Positions 13,199-35,504 of a stretch of DNA of 64,000 nucleotides are shown piece by piece (position 1 is the stretch's first letter; every line of letters starts with the position of its first letter). A program made the position numbers and the translations under genes. A model generated the notes under the pieces. The model was not told where the DNA came from. It ran no database searches and saw only the letters and a list, made by a program, of their open reading frames with translations. This DNA is from an uncultured Desulfarculus sp. (GTDB lineage Bacteria > Desulfobacterota > Desulfarculia > Desulfarculales > Desulfarculaceae). Location of the stretch: positions 928,001 through 992,000 of the forward strand of contig CAXXUK010000002.1 of NCBI GenBank assembly GCA_963665125.2. The letters run 5' to 3'.

Positions 13199-13582
13199 AT
13201 GGCCGATATCACCAAAGACGATGTCATTGAATTTATTAAAACTATGAGCGTCCTCGAGCTGTCAGAGCTCGTCAAGGAACTCGAAGAAGTATTCGGTGTC
13301 TCCGCCGCCGCGCCCATGGCCATGGCCGCCATGCCCGTCGCCGGCGCCGGCGAGGCCGCTGCCGAGGAGCAGACCGAGTTCGACGTCATCCTGGAATCCG
13401 CTGGCGACAAGAAGATCGGCGTGATCAAGGTCGTCCGCGCCATCACCGGTCTGGGCCTGAAAGAGGCCAAGGAACTGGTCGACGGCGCTCCCAAGCCGGT
13501 CAAGGAAGCCGTGTCCAAGGAAGAGGCCGAGGACATCAAGAACCAGCTCGAAGAAGCTGGCGCTGTCGTGAACGTGAAGTAG
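13199..13582 (+). CDS. rplL: 50S ribosomal protein L7/L12
   Basis: [22 protein letters not shown]. Confidence 0.99.
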   Translation: MADITKDDVIEFIKTMSVLELSELVKELEEVFGVSAAAPMAMAAMPVAGAGEAAAEEQTEFDVILESAGDKKIGVIKVVRAITGLGLKEAKELVDGAPKPVKEAVSKEEAEDIKNQLEEAGAVVNVK

Positions 13583-13815
13583 GCGCTAAAACGCTTATTT
13601 TGTGCGAGAATAAACTCCTTCCGAATGTCGGGGCCTTTGGCCCCGGCACCGGATGGAGTAAAGAAAATCAATTAGCTCCCCCGGCGGAGCCGGGCCGCTA
13701 ACAGGGGCTGGCGGCCAGGTGCCGTCGTGCGCCCGTTGTTGGGTGCAGACGGGGACTCCAGCCATTACAGGCTGGAGAACGGGCCTTCCCGAGTTGCCCT
13801 CCTCAAGGAGAGTCC

Positions 13816-17985
<4,170 letters not shown>

Positions 17986-18040
17986 TCCAGGGGTACGACG
18001 GATTTTTGTATAGCTGGCCTTTTTAGTAAGGAGATGTCCC

Positions 18041-22171
<4,131 letters not shown>

Positions 22172-22215
22172 ACACCGTATCTGGTAGCCTCTGGCGGGTA
22201 AAACACAATATCATG

Positions 22216-22257
22216 CCCCGGCGGTCCGATGTGGCCGCCGGGGCTGGTTCTTTTTTG
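22216..22257 (+). terminator. Intrinsic terminator after rpoC
   Basis: ccccggcggt...gccgccgggg followed by a T tract. Confidence 0.6.
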
Positions 22258-22599
22258 GGCGGAACAATAAAACAAGTGGACGAAAGCAGTCCTGGCCTGT
22301 ATCTTTTCCGGGCCCTACAGCTAAAAAGCGGTTGAACCGCCAGACCTTGTAATTGCTACAATAATTACATAAAGCCCTTGACAGGGTGAGGTCTTAGCGG
22401 TAGGAATAGCATTTCCAACGGCAGTGCTTCCTCTGATTGTTGTCCTCAGAGAGGACAAGAGGGAAGTTTCGTGTTTTTTGCCGTTGAGAGGGCCCCTCGG
22501 CGAGCGGCCCTTCAAAATCGGATAATGGCAGGCCGTGGGTTGTTTTTTTAATGATTTTTGACCCCGGCGTAAAGGAACGGCAACCCTAGGAGGCGATAG

Positions 22600-22971
22600 T
22601 TGCCCACCATTAATCAATTAGTGCGCATTGGACGGAAACGTCAGCACAAGAAAAGCAATACACCGGCCCTGCAAAATTCCCCTCAAAAACGAGGCGTTTG
22701 CATCCGCGTTTATACCACCACCCCTAAAAAGCCCAACTCGGCTTTGCGCAAGGTGGCCAGGGTTCGTTTGACCAATGGCATCGAAGTGACCAGCTACATT
22801 CCTGGTGAAGGTCACAACTTGCAGGAGCACTCGGTGGTGTTGATTCGCGGCGGCCGTGTCAAGGACCTTCCCGGCGTGCGCTACCACATCATTCGCGGCA
22901 CCTTGGATGCCGTTGGTGTGGAAAACCGCCGCCAGGCCCGTTCGAAATATGGGACCAAACGCCCCAAGTAA
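22600..22971 (+). CDS. rpsL: 30S ribosomal protein S12
   Basis: [22 protein letters not shown] start. Confidence 0.99.
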   Translation: MPTINQLVRIGRKRQHKKSNTPALQNSPQKRGVCIRVYTTTPKKPNSALRKVARVRLTNGIEVTSYIPGEGHNLQEHSVVLIRGGRVKDLPGVRYHIIRGTLDAVGVENRRQARSKYGTKRPK

Positions 22972-23084
22972 CTTGTTTGCTTGGCGGTCGGGCCTATAGT
23001 GGCCTGGCCGTGGCGAGGCCCCTGCTGCTGATGAGAGCTGGGGCTTTACTGTGCGTAGCGTAAGATCATTTACGGAAGAAGGCG

Positions 23085-23555
23085 ATGCCTAGAAGACGCG
23101 AAGTACCCAAACGGGTAGCGATACCTGATGCAAAGTACCACAGCCGTGAAGTGGCTAAGTTCATCAACAAGATCATGCTTGATGGCAAGAAGTCCACGGC
23201 TGAAAACATCATGTACGGCGCCATGGACATTATCCGCGAGCGCACTGGCGAAGACCCGCTGAAGGTTTTCGGCAAGGCCCTGGACAACGTCCGGCCCCAG
23301 ATCGAGGTCAAGAGCCGCCGTGTCGGTGGTTCCACCTATCAGGTTCCGGTTGAGATCCGGCCCGAGCGCCGCCAGTCCCTGGCCATGCGCTGGCTGATCA
23401 ACTTCTCCCGCTCCCGTGGTGAAAAGACCATGGCCAACAAACTGGCCAATGAGTTCATGGACGCCGCCGCCGGTCGCGGGTCCTCGGTAAAGAAAAAAGA
23501 AGACACCCACCGCATGGCCGAGGCCAACAAGGCCTTCGCCCATTACCGCTGGTAG
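23085..23555 (+). CDS. rpsG: 30S ribosomal protein S7
   Basis: [21 protein letters not shown]. Confidence 0.99.
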   Translation: MPRRREVPKRVAIPDAKYHSREVAKFINKIMLDGKKSTAENIMYGAMDIIRERTGEDPLKVFGKALDNVRPQIEVKSRRVGGSTYQVPVEIRPERRQSLAMRWLINFSRSRGEKTMANKLANEFMDAAAGRGSSVKKKEDTHRMAEANKAFAHYRW

Positions 23556-23584
23556 GGTTGGTTTAATTAAGGTTAAGACGAACC

Positions 23585-25693
23585 ATGGCAACGGCAGCTA
23601 AAAACAGCGCGCACCGCAACATAGGCCTGATGGCGCACATCGATGCGGGCAAGACCACCACTACGGAACGGATCTTGTTCTACACCGGCGTGTCCCATCG
23701 TATGGGTGAGGTGCATGACGGCGCCGCTACCATGGACTGGATGGAGCAGGAGCAGGAACGCGGCATCACCATCACCAGCGCTGCCACCACCTGTTTCTGG
23801 AAAGACCACCGCATCAATATTATTGACACGCCGGGCCACGTCGACTTTACCATGGAAGTGGAACGCAGTCTGCGCGTGCTCGATGGTGTTGTGGCGGTCT
23901 TTTGCGCGGTTGGCGGCGTACAGCCCCAGTCCGAAACGGTTTGGCGCCAGGCCGACCGCTACGGCGTGCCGCGTATTGCCTTCATCAACAAGATGGACCG
24001 TATAGGCGCCGACTACCGCCGTTGTGTTGAGCAGATCCAGGCGCGCTTGGGCGCCAATCCGCTGCTGCTTCAGCTTCCTGTGGGAAACGAAGACGAATTC
24101 TGCGGCGTTATCGATCTGATTGACAACCGTATGGTCCGTTTCGGCACCGACGCCTACGGCATGGAATTGAGCTACGAAGATATTCCCGCCGAGATGGCCG
24201 ACCAAGCCGAAGAAGCCCGCGTTTCCGTCATTGAGACCGCCTGCGAATTCGATGACGAGATGATGGAAAGCTACCTCGAAGGCGCCGAGCCAGAGGTCGC
24301 CGACATCAAGGCCGCTCTGCGCAAGGGCGTCCTGGAGATGAAGCTCATACCGGTGCTGGTGGGATCGGCCTTCAAGAACAAGGGTGTGCAAGAGCTGCTG
24401 GACGCGGTAGTTGATTACCTTCCGTCGCCTCAGGAAGCTGTTCAGGCCAAGGGCGTGGACGGCAATGGCGAAACAATCACTTGCCCGGCCGATGAAGATG
24501 CGCCTTTTGCAGCCCTGGCCTTCAAACTTTGGTCCGACCCATATGTGGGGCACCTGACCTTCCTGCGCGTTTATTCCGGCGTTCTTAAAAGCGGCGATAC
24601 CGTATTCAATTCCAGCAAGGGCAAGAACGAGCGTGTTGGCCGCCTGCTACGGATGCACGCCAATGAGCGCGAGGAAGTCAAGGAAATCAAGGCCGGGGGC
24701 ATCGTGGCCGCCGTTGGCCTGAAGCTGACCACCACAGGCGACACCTTGTGCGCCAAGAACCAGTCGATTCAGCTCGAGTCGCTGCATGTTCCCGAACCAG
24801 TGGTCGGCGTGGCAATCGAGCCCGACTCCAAACCCATGGCCGAAAAGCTGGGACAGGCCCTGGGACGAATCGCCGCTGAAGATCCGTCATTCAGGGTCGA
24901 GCGTAACGAAGAGACCAATCAGACCATCATTCGCGGCATGGGTGAACTTCACCTTGAGATCATCGTAGACAGGATCATGCGCGAGTTCAAGGTCGAGGCC
25001 ACGGTGGGCGAGCCCCAGGTTTCCTACCGCGAGGCGATCCAGGACAAGGCAGAGAGCGACACCAAGTACGCCAAGCAGTCCGGCGGCCGCGGCCAGTACG
25101 GTCATGTCAAAATAGAAATGATACCTGGCGAGGCCGGTAGTGGTGTCGTCTTCAACAACAATATTGTTGGCGGTGTCATACCCAAGGAATATATTCGCTC
25201 GGTTGAAGCCGGTATCCGCGACGCAGCCCAAAAAGGCGTGCTGGCCGGATTCCCGGTGGAAGACGTGGAAATCAGCCTAGTGGACGGATCGTACCACGAG
25301 GTCGACTCCTCGGACCGTGCGTTTTTCATTGCCGCTTCCATTGCCTTCAAGGATGCCGCCAAAAAGGCGGGCCTGGGCCTGTTGGAGCCGGTGATGGCAG
25401 TGGAAGTGGTTACGCCCGAAGAATACATGGGTGACGTGATGGGTGACCTCGGAGTGCGCCGCGGAAAGATCCGCGACATCGAGTCTACATCCGGCACGCA
25501 AATCGTCAAAACGCATGTTCCGCTGGCGGCGATGTTCGGCTATGCCGGGGATCTACGTTCGGCTACTCAGGGCCGCGCCACATTTAGTATGGAATTTTCC
25601 CACTACGAACCAGTTCCCGCGGGCCTGGCCGAAGAGGTCATCGAGCGAGTGCAGCGGCAGCGCCGAGGCGACTCCCGCGGCATGGCTGCCTAG
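23585..25693 (+). CDS. fusA: Elongation factor G
   Basis: [28 protein letters not shown]. Confidence 0.98.
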   Translation: MATAAKNSAHRNIGLMAHIDAGKTTTTERILFYTGVSHRMGEVHDGAATMDWMEQEQERGITITSAATTCFWKDHRINIIDTPGHVDFTMEVERSLRVLDGVVAVFCAVGGVQPQSETVWRQADRYGVPRIAFINKMDRIGADYRRCVEQIQARLGANPLLLQLPVGNEDEFCGVIDLIDNRMVRFGTDAYGMELSYEDIPAEMADQAEEARVSVIETACEFDDEMMESYLEGAEPEVADIKAALRKGVLEMKLIPVLVGSAFKNKGVQELLDAVVDYLPSPQEAVQAKGVDGNGETITCPADEDAPFAALAFKLWSDPYVGHLTFLRVYSGVLKSGDTVFNSSKGKNERVGRLLRMHANEREEVKEIKAGGIVAAVGLKLTTTGDTLCAKNQSIQLESLHVPEPVVGVAIEPDSKPMAEKLGQALGRIAAEDPSFRVERNEETNQTIIRGMGELHLEIIVDRIMREFKVEATVGEPQVSYREAIQDKAESDTKYAKQSGGRGQYGHVKIEMIPGEAGSGVVFNNNIVGGVIPKEYIRSVEAGIRDAAQKGVLAGFPVEDVEISLVDGSYHEVDSSDRAFFIAASIAFKDAAKKAGLGLLEPVMAVEVVTPEEYMGDVMGDLGVRRGKIRDIESTSGTQIVKTHVPLAAMFGYAGDLRSATQGRATFSMEFSHYEPVPAGLAEEVIERVQRQRRGDSRGMAA

Positions 25694-25710
25694 AGGAGGA
25701 ACAATAAGTC

Positions 25711-26910
<1,200 letters not shown>

Positions 26911-26961
26911 ACGTTCCCGCCGAAAAGGCGGGTCTTATGATGATTGTGCGGGAGATATCCC

Positions 26962-27273
26962 ATGATCCAAAACCAGAAGATTCGCATCCGGCTCAAAGCC
27001 TATGATCATAGGCTGTTGGACCAAAGTGCAGCCGAGATCGTGGAGACCGCGCGGCGCACTGGTGCGAAAGTAGCGGGGCCGATTCCCCTGCCCACTCGCA
27101 TCAATAAATACACGGTATTGCGTTCGCCGCATATCGACAAAAAGAGCCGCGAACAGTTCGAGGTCCGCACCCACAAGAGGCTGCTGGATATTCTGGAGCC
27201 GACGCAGCAGACCGTGGACGCCCTGATGAAGCTCGACCTGAGCGCGGGTGTTGACGTCGAGATCAAGCTGTAG
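26962..27273 (+). CDS. rpsJ: 30S ribosomal protein S10
   Basis: [25 protein letters not shown]. Confidence 0.99.
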   Translation: MIQNQKIRIRLKAYDHRLLDQSAAEIVETARRTGAKVAGPIPLPTRINKYTVLRSPHIDKKSREQFEVRTHKRLLDILEPTQQTVDALMKLDLSAGVDVEIKL

Positions 27274-27290
27274 TCAGTGGGGTGACCGTC

Positions 27291-27914
27291 ATGTTAAAGG
27301 GACTTATTGGTAAAAAAGTGGGCATGACCCGCTTGTTCCTGGAAGAAGGCCGGGCTGTGCCGGTAACGGTGCTCGAGGTCGGACCTTGCCAGGTGGTGCA
27401 GATCAAGACCGAAGAAAAAGACGCTTACAGCGCCTTGCAGCTCGGTTTTGGCACTAAAAAAGAAACGAACACAACCAAGCCGATGAAGGGCCATTTCGCC
27501 GCGGCCGGTGCCGAAAACAAAGCCACGCTGAAAGAATTCCGCGTGGACGACACCGACGAGTTCGAACTGGGCCAGACCATCACCGCCGAGATGTTCCAAA
27601 TGGGCGAAACGGTGCATATCACCGGTAAGACCAAAGGACGCGGTTTCTCGGGCGTGGTCAAGCGTCACGGCTTTGGCGGCGGTCGGGCCACCCACGGTTG
27701 CACGACCCATGACAAACCCGGCTCGATCGGTCAGAGTGCCGACCCGGCGAGGGTCTTGAAGGGCAAACGTATGCCCGGCCGCTATGGCGTGGATCGCACC
27801 CAGGTGCGCAACCTCAAGGTCGTGGACGTTCGTCCCGAGCAAAACCTGGTTGTGGTCAAGGGCGCGGTTCCCGGCCCCAACGGCGGCATCATTCTGATTG
27901 AGAAGGCGGGCTAA
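27291..27914 (+). CDS. rplC: 50S ribosomal protein L3
   Basis: [21 protein letters not shown]. Confidence 0.98.
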   Translation: MLKGLIGKKVGMTRLFLEEGRAVPVTVLEVGPCQVVQIKTEEKDAYSALQLGFGTKKETNTTKPMKGHFAAAGAENKATLKEFRVDDTDEFELGQTITAEMFQMGETVHITGKTKGRGFSGVVKRHGFGGGRATHGCTTHDKPGSIGQSADPARVLKGKRMPGRYGVDRTQVRNLKVVDVRPEQNLVVVKGAVPGPNGGIILIEKAG

Positions 27915-27931
27915 GCCCGACTGGTGAGAAA

Positions 27932-28552
27932 ATGCCCAAGGTCGATATATACGATGAAATGAAAAAGAAGGTCGGCGAGATCGACTTGTCCGAAGAAGTA
28001 TTCGGCGCCGAGGTCAAGCCCCACCTTCTGCATGAAGTGGTTGTTTGGCAGCTCGCCAAACGCAGGGCCGGTACGGCCAGCGCCAAGACCCGGGCCGAAG
28101 TTCGTGGCGGCGGCCGCAAGCCGTGGCGTCAAAAGGGCACGGGCCGGGCAAGGGTCGGTTCCCGCAACAGCCCCTTGTGGCGGGGTGGAGGCGTCGTCCA
28201 TGGTCCCAAGCCGCGGGATTATGGCTACAACGTGCCCAAGAAAGTCCGTAAGGCCGCACTCTGCAGCGCTCTTTCGGACAAACTGGCCGAGGAGAAGCTG
28301 GACGTCATCAAGGGCTTCGGCCTGGACGAGATCAAGACCAAGGCCTTTGTGGAAGTGCTCAATCGTTTTGACACCGACAATGTCTTGGTGATCGTTCCAG
28401 ACATGGACGAAGTTCTTGAGAAGAGCGCTCGCAACGTGCCAAAGGTTAAGGTGCTTCGTGCCGAGGGCCTCAATGTTTACGACATTCTGCGCTATGACCG
28501 TTTGATGCTCCTGGAGCCCGCGGTCGGGCGGATTGAGGAGGCCTTGTCGTGA
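27932..28552 (+). CDS. rplD: 50S ribosomal protein L4
   Basis: [12 protein letters not shown]. Confidence 0.99.
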   Translation: MPKVDIYDEMKKKVGEIDLSEEVFGAEVKPHLLHEVVVWQLAKRRAGTASAKTRAEVRGGGRKPWRQKGTGRARVGSRNSPLWRGGGVVHGPKPRDYGYNVPKKVRKAALCSALSDKLAEEKLDVIKGFGLDEIKTKAFVEVLNRFDTDNVLVIVPDMDEVLEKSARNVPKVKVLRAEGLNVYDILRYDRLMLLEPAVGRIEEALS

Positions 28553-28839
28553 AAAACCAAAACGATGTTATTCGCAGGCCTCTGATCACCGAGAAAGGCA
28601 CCTTTGCCAAAGAGGAAGACAACCAATTACTCTTCGAGGTTGATCGCAGAGCCAACAAGGTTGAAATCCGCAAGGCGGTTGAAGAATTGTTTGATGTCGA
28701 GGTGCTGAAAGTCCGCACGGTATCAATCAAGGGCAAGACCAAGCGGATGGGCCGCATCATGGGTAAACGCAGCGACAAGAAGAAGGCCTACGTTACTTTG
28801 GCTCCCGGCCATAACGTGGAATTCTTCGAGGGCGCGTAA
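28549..28839 (+). CDS. rplW: 50S ribosomal protein L23
   Basis: [13 protein letters not shown]. Confidence 0.98.
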   Translation: MKNQNDVIRRPLITEKGTFAKEEDNQLLFEVDRRANKVEIRKAVEELFDVEVLKVRTVSIKGKTKRMGRIMGKRSDKKKAYVTLAPGHNVEFFEGA

Positions 28840-28885
28840 ACCTTTGGCCAATTGCGGCAACGGCTAGCTGGAGAGACAGAAGCTC

Positions 28886-29710
28886 ATGGCTATCAAAAAA
28901 TATAAACCAACCTCACCGGGTAGAAGGTTCCAGACGCAACTCGTGCGCGAAGAAGTAACCAAGCACGAGCCTGAAAAAAGCCTTCTGGAGCCCATGAAAA
29001 AAACCGGTGGGCGAAACAACTACGGCCGTGTCACCGCCCGTCATCGCGGTGGAGGACACAAGCGCCAGTACCGCCGAATCGACTTCAAGCGGGAGAAGTA
29101 CGGCATTCCCGCCAAGGTCGCAGGCATCGAATACGATCCCAACCGTTCGGCCAACATCGCCCTGCTGCACTATCAGGACGGCGAGAAGCGATACATCCTG
29201 GCCCCCAAGGGCCTCAAGGTTGACGATGTGATCGTAAGCGATTTCAAGGCTGACATCCGGCCTGGCAACGCCATGCCTTTGGAGTCGATGCCTTTGGGTA
29301 CGCTTTTGCACAACGTCGAGCTCAAAATCGGCGGCGGCGCCCAAATGGTGCGTAGCGCCGGTACATACGCGCAGCTCATGGCCAAGGAAGGCGAATACGC
29401 CATTCTGAAGCTGCCTTCGGGCGAAATGCGTAAAGTGCACCGCAAGTGCCGGGCCACAGTAGGCCAGGTGGGCAACGAACAGTACGAGAACGTCAGCCTG
29501 GGTAAGGCCGGTCGTACTCGCTGGCTGGGCAAGCGGCCTCGGGTCCGTGGTGTGGCAATGAACCCTGTCGACCACCCGATGGGTGGTGGCGAAGGCAAGA
29601 GCAGTGGTGGCCGTCACCCCTGCAGCCCGTGGGGTATGCCCGCCAAGGGCTTCCGCACCCGCAAGAAGAAGCCTTCGGACAAATTCATCGTCCGCCGGCG
29701 CACCAAGTAG
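28886..29710 (+). CDS. rplB: 50S ribosomal protein L2
   Basis: [19 protein letters not shown]. Confidence 0.99.
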   Translation: MAIKKYKPTSPGRRFQTQLVREEVTKHEPEKSLLEPMKKTGGRNNYGRVTARHRGGGHKRQYRRIDFKREKYGIPAKVAGIEYDPNRSANIALLHYQDGEKRYILAPKGLKVDDVIVSDFKADIRPGNAMPLESMPLGTLLHNVELKIGGGAQMVRSAGTYAQLMAKEGEYAILKLPSGEMRKVHRKCRATVGQVGNEQYENVSLGKAGRTRWLGKRPRVRGVAMNPVDHPMGGGEGKSSGGRHPCSPWGMPAKGFRTRKKKPSDKFIVRRRTK

Positions 29711-29722
29711 GGGAGACTGCAC

Positions 29723-30001
29723 ATGCCGCGTAGTTTGAAAAAAGGACCTTTCGTCGATGGTCACCTGTCCCAAAAAGTCGGTCAGGCCATCGATACCGGT
29801 AGCCGCAAGGTCATCAAGACTTGGAGCAGGCGTTCGACGATTATGCCCGAGTTCGTAGGATTGACTTTTGCGGTGCATAACGGCAAAAAATTTGTCCCGG
29901 TGTTTGTGACCGAGAACATGGTCGGACACAAGCTGGGCGAATTCTCGCCGACGCGCACCTACTACGGCCATGCCGCCGACAAGAAGGGCAAGAAGAGGTA
30001 G
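29723..30001 (+). CDS. rpsS: 30S ribosomal protein S19
   Basis: [15 protein letters not shown]. Confidence 0.99.
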   Translation: MPRSLKKGPFVDGHLSQKVGQAIDTGSRKVIKTWSRRSTIMPEFVGLTFAVHNGKKFVPVFVTENMVGHKLGEFSPTRTYYGHAADKKGKKR

Positions 30002-30009
30002 AGGGCATT

Positions 30010-30342
30010 ATGGAAGCCACAGCAAAAGCTAAATTTGTGCGCATCTCGCCCCGTAAAGCCCGTCTGGTAGCTGACGCAGTTAGGGGTATGCGCGTAGAAG
30101 AAGCTCTGAACAAGCTGAAGTTCACGCCGAAAAAGGCCGCGGGCCTGGTGTCTAAGGTTATCGCCAGCGCGGTGGCCAATGCCACAAACGAAAGCAACGT
30201 CAACGTCGACAAACTGTACGTGAAGGCTGCTTTCGTCGATGGCGGACCGACCCTGAAGCGGTGGCGCCCCCGGGCCATGGGCAGAGCTTTTATTATCAGA
30301 AAACGGACCAGCCACATCACCGTGGTTGTGGCCGAGCGTTAA
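30010..30342 (+). CDS. rplV: 50S ribosomal protein L22
   Basis: [16 protein letters not shown]. Confidence 0.99.
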   Translation: MEATAKAKFVRISPRKARLVADAVRGMRVEEALNKLKFTPKKAAGLVSKVIASAVANATNESNVNVDKLYVKAAFVDGGPTLKRWRPRAMGRAFIIRKRTSHITVVVAER

Positions 30343-30352
30343 GGAGACCTGG

Positions 30353-31012
30353 ATGGGACAGAAAGTACACCCGATAGGTTTCAGGCTGGGAGTGATCCGC
30401 ACCTGGGATTCCCGGTGGTTTGCCAGCAAGCGCGATTACTCGGCGTTGGTGTTTGAGGATTACAAAATCCGCAAATACTTGAAGAAAAAGCTCTTCAACG
30501 CCGGTGTTCCCAAGATTGAGATCGAGCGCGCGGCCAACAAGGCAAAGATCCGTATCCACGCGGCCAGGCCTGGAATCGTCATCGGCAAAAAAGGCGCCGA
30601 GATCGAGATCATCAAAAAAGACCTGGAAAAGCTGATCAAGCGTGAGGTCATGCTGGATATCCACGAAGTGCGCAAGCCCGAAGTGGACGCCCAGTTGGTT
30701 GCCGAAGGCGTGGCCAGCCAGCTTATCAGGCGCATCGCCTTCCGCAGGGCCATGAAACGTGCCGTGACTTCGGCCATGAGACTTGGCGCCCAGGGCATTC
30801 GTATCCAGTGCGCCGGCCGGTTGGGCGGCGCTGAAATGGCCCGCCGCGAGTGGTACCGCGAAGGCCGCGTGCCTCTGCACACGCTGCGCGCCGATATCGA
30901 CTATGGCTTTGCCGAAGCCCGCACCACCTACGGAATCATTGGTATCAAGGTGTGGATCTTCAAGGGCGAGGTTATCGAAGAGAAGGACAAGACTCAGGCG
31001 CAGGCCTCCTAG
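30353..31012 (+). CDS. rpsC: 30S ribosomal protein S3
   Basis: [23 protein letters not shown]. Confidence 0.99.
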   Translation: MGQKVHPIGFRLGVIRTWDSRWFASKRDYSALVFEDYKIRKYLKKKLFNAGVPKIEIERAANKAKIRIHAARPGIVIGKKGAEIEIIKKDLEKLIKREVMLDIHEVRKPEVDAQLVAEGVASQLIRRIAFRRAMKRAVTSAMRLGAQGIRIQCAGRLGGAEMARREWYREGRVPLHTLRADIDYGFAEARTTYGIIGIKVWIFKGEVIEEKDKTQAQAS

Positions 31013-31037
31013 GGCCCGCTTGGAAAGGCATAGATAA

Positions 31038-31445
31038 ATGCTCGCGCCAAAAAGAGTAAGACACCGTAAGGTGATGAAGGGCCGGATGCGCGGCAAATGC
31101 CAGAGCGGCAACCGGGTATCCTTCGGGCAGTTCGGCTTGCAGGCCGTGGGCTCGGGCTGGATGACCAACCAGCAGATCGAGGCCGCCCGTATCGCCATTA
31201 CGCGCCACATCAAGCGCGGCGGTAAGGTCTTCATCCGGGTTTTCCCGGACAAGCCCTATACCAAAAAGCCCGCTGAGACACGTATGGGCAAGGGTAAAGG
31301 CTCTCCCGAAGGTTGGGTGGCCGTGGTCAGACCCGGCCGGATGATCTACGAGATCGACGGCGTGGCCAAGGATACGGCCAAAGAGGCTCTGCGTCTGGCA
31401 AGCCAAAAACTGCCGTTCAAGACGCGTATTGTCGAAAGGGGCTGA
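31038..31445 (+). CDS. rplP: 50S ribosomal protein L16
   Basis: ETRMGKGKG. Confidence 0.99.
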   Translation: MLAPKRVRHRKVMKGRMRGKCQSGNRVSFGQFGLQAVGSGWMTNQQIEAARIAITRHIKRGGKVFIRVFPDKPYTKKPAETRMGKGKGSPEGWVAVVRPGRMIYEIDGVAKDTAKEALRLASQKLPFKTRIVERG

Positions 31446-31449
31446 GGTC

Positions 31450-31647
31450 ATGAACGCTACTGAACTCAGAGGTCTTTCGGTAGAAGAACTCAACAACAAG
31501 CTGGATGACCTGCGCCAGGAGCTTTTCAATCTGAAGTTCCAAAACGCCACGGGCCAGCTGGACAACCCCAACAAACTGGGGCAGACCAAAAAAGATATCG
31601 CCCGCGTTCTGACGGTCATGCGGGAAATCGAATTGGCCGGTCAGTAA
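31450..31647 (+). CDS. rpmC: 50S ribosomal protein L29
   Basis: ELFNLKFQ, KDIARVLT. Confidence 0.98.
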   Translation: MNATELRGLSVEELNNKLDDLRQELFNLKFQNATGQLDNPNKLGQTKKDIARVLTVMREIELAGQ

Positions 31648-31674
31648 AGGGTACGAAAAGGCTAAGGTGCTTCC

Positions 31675-31938
31675 ATGGCAAATAGTGAACGCGGGAATAC
31701 CAAAGCTCTCACCGGTGTCGTGGTGAGTGACAAAATGGATAAGACGGTGGTTGTCCGGGTGGAGCGCCTGGTCAAACACACTATTTACAAAAAATACGTG
31801 CGGCGCCGGGCCAATTACATGGTCCACGACGAGGCCAATGACTGCCATGTGGGCGATACCGTGCTCATCAGGCAGTGCCGCCCAATGAGCAGGCACAAGC
31901 GCTGGCGCATCAGCAAGGTGCTGGAGCGGGTCGCCTAA
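31675..31938 (+). CDS. rpsQ: 30S ribosomal protein S17
   Basis: [14 protein letters not shown]. Confidence 0.99.
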   Translation: MANSERGNTKALTGVVVSDKMDKTVVVRVERLVKHTIYKKYVRRRANYMVHDEANDCHVGDTVLIRQCRPMSRHKRWRISKVLERVA

Positions 31939-31959
31939 GGGCCCCGAGGAGTAGACGCC

Positions 31960-32328
31960 ATGATCCAGCCTGAAACAAATTTGCAGTCTGCCGACAATTC
32001 CGGCGCCAAGAAGCTCTATTGCATCAAGGTGCTGGGCGGCTCCAAGAGGCGTTACGCCAGCCTTGGGGATGTCATCGTGGTCTCGGTGAAAGAGGCCCTG
32101 CCCAACTCCAAGGTGAAAAAGGGCGACGTCATGAAGGCCGTGGTGGTGCGCACCGCCAAGGAAGTGCACCGCCCCGACGGCTCCGCAATCAAATTCGACG
32201 ATAATTCCGCCGTGCTGATTAATACGGCGGGTGAGCCCATCGGCACCCGTATCTTCGGCCCGGTGGCTCGCGAACTGAGGGCAAAGCGTTACATGAAGAT
32301 CGTCTCGCTGGCGCCCGAAGTCTTGTAG
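31960..32328 (+). CDS. rplN: 50S ribosomal protein L14
   Basis: [15 protein letters not shown]. Confidence 0.99.
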   Translation: MIQPETNLQSADNSGAKKLYCIKVLGGSKRRYASLGDVIVVSVKEALPNSKVKKGDVMKAVVVRTAKEVHRPDGSAIKFDDNSAVLINTAGEPIGTRIFGPVARELRAKRYMKIVSLAPEVL

Positions 32329-32336
32329 GTGTAGTC

Positions 32337-32660
32337 ATGAGTATTAAGCTGCACATCAAAAAAGACGACAAGGTCATTGTCACCGCCGGCCGCGACCGCG
32401 GCAAAATCGGCAAGGTGCTCAGGGTCCTGCCCGAAAAAAACCGGGCCGTCGTGGAAAAAGTGAACGTGGTCAAGCGCCACACCCGGCCCAACCAGGCCGG
32501 CCAGGGCGGCATCGTCGAAAAAGAGATGCCGATCCACATCAGCAACTTGAAGCTCGTCTGCGACAAGTGCGGTGAGGCTTCGCGCCTGGGCCGCAAGGTC
32601 CTCGACGACGGCAAGATCAGCCGCTTCTGCAAAAAGTGCGGCGAACTGGTGGACGCTTAA
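32337..32660 (+). CDS. rplX: 50S ribosomal protein L24
   Basis: KOW motif, PIHISN. Confidence 0.98.
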   Translation: MSIKLHIKKDDKVIVTAGRDRGKIGKVLRVLPEKNRAVVEKVNVVKRHTRPNQAGQGGIVEKEMPIHISNLKLVCDKCGEASRLGRKVLDDGKISRFCKKCGELVDA

Positions 32661-32721
32661 ACGCGTATTTTATTAACCCGTTGGACGAGCCGGGCACATG
32701 GCGGCTTCAAAGCGGTGAGAG

Positions 32722-33324
32722 ATGGCTGACAAAAAGAAAAATAAAGAAAATGAGCCGGCACCGGCTCAGCCTCAAGAAAAGGTTGAGCCGCGGATGCGGG
32801 AGAAGTATTTGCAGGACTGCGTGCCGCAGCTGATAGAGCAATTCTCCTACGGCAATATAATGCAGGTGCCCAAGCCGGTTAAGGCCGTCCTTAACATCGG
32901 TGTGGGCGAGGCTATCCAGAACATCAAAGTGCTGGAAAACGCCGCCGACGAGCTTACGCTCATTTCCGGTCAAAAGGCGATGATCAACCGTGCGCGCCGG
33001 TCCATCGCTTCGTTTAAGCTCAGGGAGGGCATGCCCATCGGAACATCGGTGACGTTACGCGCCGAAAAGATGTGGTTTTTCCTTGATAAATTGATGAACG
33101 TCGCCCTGCCCCGCGTGCGCGACTTCAGGGGTGTCAGCCCCAAGGCCTTTGACGGCCGCGGCAACTACACCCTGGGTATTAAAGAACACATTATTTTTCC
33201 CGAGATTGAGTACGACAAGATCGACAAGGTCAAGGGAATGAATATCACGATAGTAACCACGGCCCAGACCGACGAGGAAGGGCGCGCATTGCTTAGGCTT
33301 TTAGGCATGCCCTTTAAAGCCTAA
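32722..33324 (+). CDS. rplE: 50S ribosomal protein L5
   Basis: [15 protein letters not shown]; short N-terminal extension. Confidence 0.98.
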   Translation: MADKKKNKENEPAPAQPQEKVEPRMREKYLQDCVPQLIEQFSYGNIMQVPKPVKAVLNIGVGEAIQNIKVLENAADELTLISGQKAMINRARRSIASFKLREGMPIGTSVTLRAEKMWFFLDKLMNVALPRVRDFRGVSPKAFDGRGNYTLGIKEHIIFPEIEYDKIDKVKGMNITIVTTAQTDEEGRALLRLLGMPFKA

Positions 33325-33346
33325 GGTTAGTATTTAGGAGGATTCA

Positions 33347-33532
33347 GTGGCCAGAAAGGCTCAAATGGAAAGGCAATTGCGCGATCCTAAGTTCCAGGTG
33401 CGCTATCGCAACCGCTGCCCCATCTGCGGGCGGTCGAGGGCCTACATTAGAAAATTCGGCATCTGCCGCGTCTGCTTCCGTAATATGTCGCTGCGCGGTG
33501 AGATTCCCGGCGTAATCAAAAGCAGCTGGTAG
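33347..33532 (+). CDS. rpsN: 30S ribosomal protein S14 (type Z, Zn-binding)
   Basis: RCPICGR...CRVCFR, 61 aa. Confidence 0.98.
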   Translation: MARKAQMERQLRDPKFQVRYRNRCPICGRSRAYIRKFGICRVCFRNMSLRGEIPGVIKSSW

Positions 33533-33543
33533 GGAGACGAGCA

Positions 33544-33939
33544 ATGTCTATGCATGATCCAATCGCCGACATGCTCACCCGCATTCGCAATGCCGCGGGA
33601 GCCCGGCTGACTGAAGTGGAACTGCCTAGTTCGAAGATCAAGGCCGCCATCGCCAAAACCATGAAGGAAGAGGGCTATATCGCCGACTTCGAGGTTATAG
33701 AGGACAAACCGCAGGACAGGCTGAAGATCAAGCTGAGATACCACGGCAACCGCAGCGTTATCGAAGGTATCAAGCGCATCAGTAAGCCCAGCCGTCGGGT
33801 ATACGTGCCTCACGGTGAAGTGCCCAAGATTCGCTCGGGCCTGGGCGTCGCCATCCTTTCGACCAACAAGGGCGTGGTTACCGACCAATTTGCCCGCAAG
33901 GAAGGCATCGGCGGCGAAATCCTGTGCGAAATCTGGTAG
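33544..33939 (+). CDS. rpsH: 30S ribosomal protein S8
   Basis: DPIADMLTRIRN. Confidence 0.99.
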   Translation: MSMHDPIADMLTRIRNAAGARLTEVELPSSKIKAAIAKTMKEEGYIADFEVIEDKPQDRLKIKLRYHGNRSVIEGIKRISKPSRRVYVPHGEVPKIRSGLGVAILSTNKGVVTDQFARKEGIGGEILCEIW

Positions 33940-33958
33940 GGGTGCGGGAGAAACTGTC

Positions 33959-34498
33959 ATGAGTCGTATTGGTAAACTGCCGGTGGCGATTCCCTCGGGC
34001 GTCGAGGTGAAGATCCAGGGGCAGAACGTTGAAATAAAGGGTGCCAAGGGCTCGCTTAGCCGCGAGATCCATCCCTTGGTGGAAATCATCCAAGACGAGG
34101 GTGAACTCCGGGTCAAACCCCGTGAGGAGTCCAAAAACGCCATAGCCCTGTGGGGCCTGAGCCGCTCGCTTATCAACAACATGGTTGAAGGCGTCAGCAA
34201 GGGCTACACCAAGGTGCTGGAGATCAACGGCGTGGGTTACCGTGCCGAACTGGCCGGCAACACCTTGAAGCTCACCCTGGGCTTCAGCCATCCGGTTGAG
34301 TTTGAGCTGCCCAACGGCGTTAGCGGTGCCGTGGATAAAAACACGATCATCACCCTGACCAGCCACGATAAGGAACTGCTGGGCCAGACTGCGGCCACCA
34401 TTCGCCGCTACAGGCCCCCCGAGCCTTACAAGGGCAAGGGCATCAAGTATTCCGATGAGGTCATCCGCCGCAAGGTCGGTAAGGCCGGCGTGAAGTAA
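33959..34498 (+). CDS. rplF: 50S ribosomal protein L6
   Basis: MSRIGK, PEPYKGKG. Confidence 0.99.
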   Translation: MSRIGKLPVAIPSGVEVKIQGQNVEIKGAKGSLSREIHPLVEIIQDEGELRVKPREESKNAIALWGLSRSLINNMVEGVSKGYTKVLEINGVGYRAELAGNTLKLTLGFSHPVEFELPNGVSGAVDKNTIITLTSHDKELLGQTAATIRRYRPPEPYKGKGIKYSDEVIRRKVGKAGVK

Positions 34499-34542
34499 TC
34501 CACTCGGGTATTAACCCGGGATGTGATAAAAGGTAAGAGGAA

Positions 34543-34911
34543 ATGGGCAAGACCAATCCCAGGGCAGTGGCCCGGCAGAAGCGCAAAACCAGGGTGCGCC
34601 GCAAGATTCGCGGCACCGCTGATCAACCGCGCCTGTGTGTGTTCCGTTCGCTGAACAACATATACTGCCAGGTCATCGACGACGACAAGGGCCAGACTCT
34701 GGCCTCGGCCAGCAGCATGGCGGGCGCAACAGCCCAAGAGCCCGGACACAAGGGCAATGTGGCTACCGCCAAAAAAGTAGGTCTGGCTATAGCTGAAGCC
34801 GCCAAGGCGGCAGGCGTTACCAAAGTGGTGTTCGATCGCAACGGCTTTTTGTATCATGGCCGGATCAAGGCATTGGCCGACGGAGCCCGCGAAGGCGGTT
34901 TGGAGTTCTAG
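34543..34911 (+). CDS. rplR: 50S ribosomal protein L18
   Basis: [19 protein letters not shown]. Confidence 0.99.
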   Translation: MGKTNPRAVARQKRKTRVRRKIRGTADQPRLCVFRSLNNIYCQVIDDDKGQTLASASSMAGATAQEPGHKGNVATAKKVGLAIAEAAKAAGVTKVVFDRNGFLYHGRIKALADGAREGGLEF

Positions 34912-34953
34912 CCGGACGGCCTTAGCCTCACCGGTATAGGAAGGATTGAAGCC

Positions 34954-35481
34954 TTGCTGGATAACAGAAGGAAAAAGAAAGAAACTTTCGAAGAAGAATC
35001 GCAACTTATCGACAAGGTTGTTCATATCAACCGCGTCGCCAAGGTCGTCAAGGGCGGCCGGCGTTTCTCCTTCTCGGCTGTGGTCGTTGTGGGCGACGGT
35101 GAGGGCAGCGTGGGTTTCGGCCTGGGCAAAGCCAACGAAGTGCCCGAGGCCATTCGCAAGGGCGTTGAAAAGGCCAAGCGCGATATGAAACCCGTGCCCA
35201 TCAGCGGTGGCACGATTCCGCATCCCATCACCGGACGTTACGGTGCCGGTCGTGTGGTGTTGCGGCCGGCCCGCCCCGGTACGGGCGTGATCGCCGGCGG
35301 CGCTGTGCGCGCCGTGCTTGAGGCCGCGGGTGTCACCGACATCCTGACAAAGACACTGGGTACCAACAACCCCCACAACGTCATCAAGGCCACATTGGAA
35401 GGCCTGCGCAGCCTTAAAAACGCCGATCAGGTGGCCAAGGTTCGTGGAATCGACGTAAACAAGTTGGAACCTGATTTTTAG
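34954..35481 (+). CDS. rpsE: 30S ribosomal protein S5
   Basis: [20 protein letters not shown]. Confidence 0.98.
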   Translation: MLDNRRKKKETFEEESQLIDKVVHINRVAKVVKGGRRFSFSAVVVVGDGEGSVGFGLGKANEVPEAIRKGVEKAKRDMKPVPISGGTIPHPITGRYGAGRVVLRPARPGTGVIAGGAVRAVLEAAGVTDILTKTLGTNNPHNVIKATLEGLRSLKNADQVAKVRGIDVNKLEPDF

Positions 35482-35504
35482 GCCAAAAGCGCTGGAGGTG
35501 CATC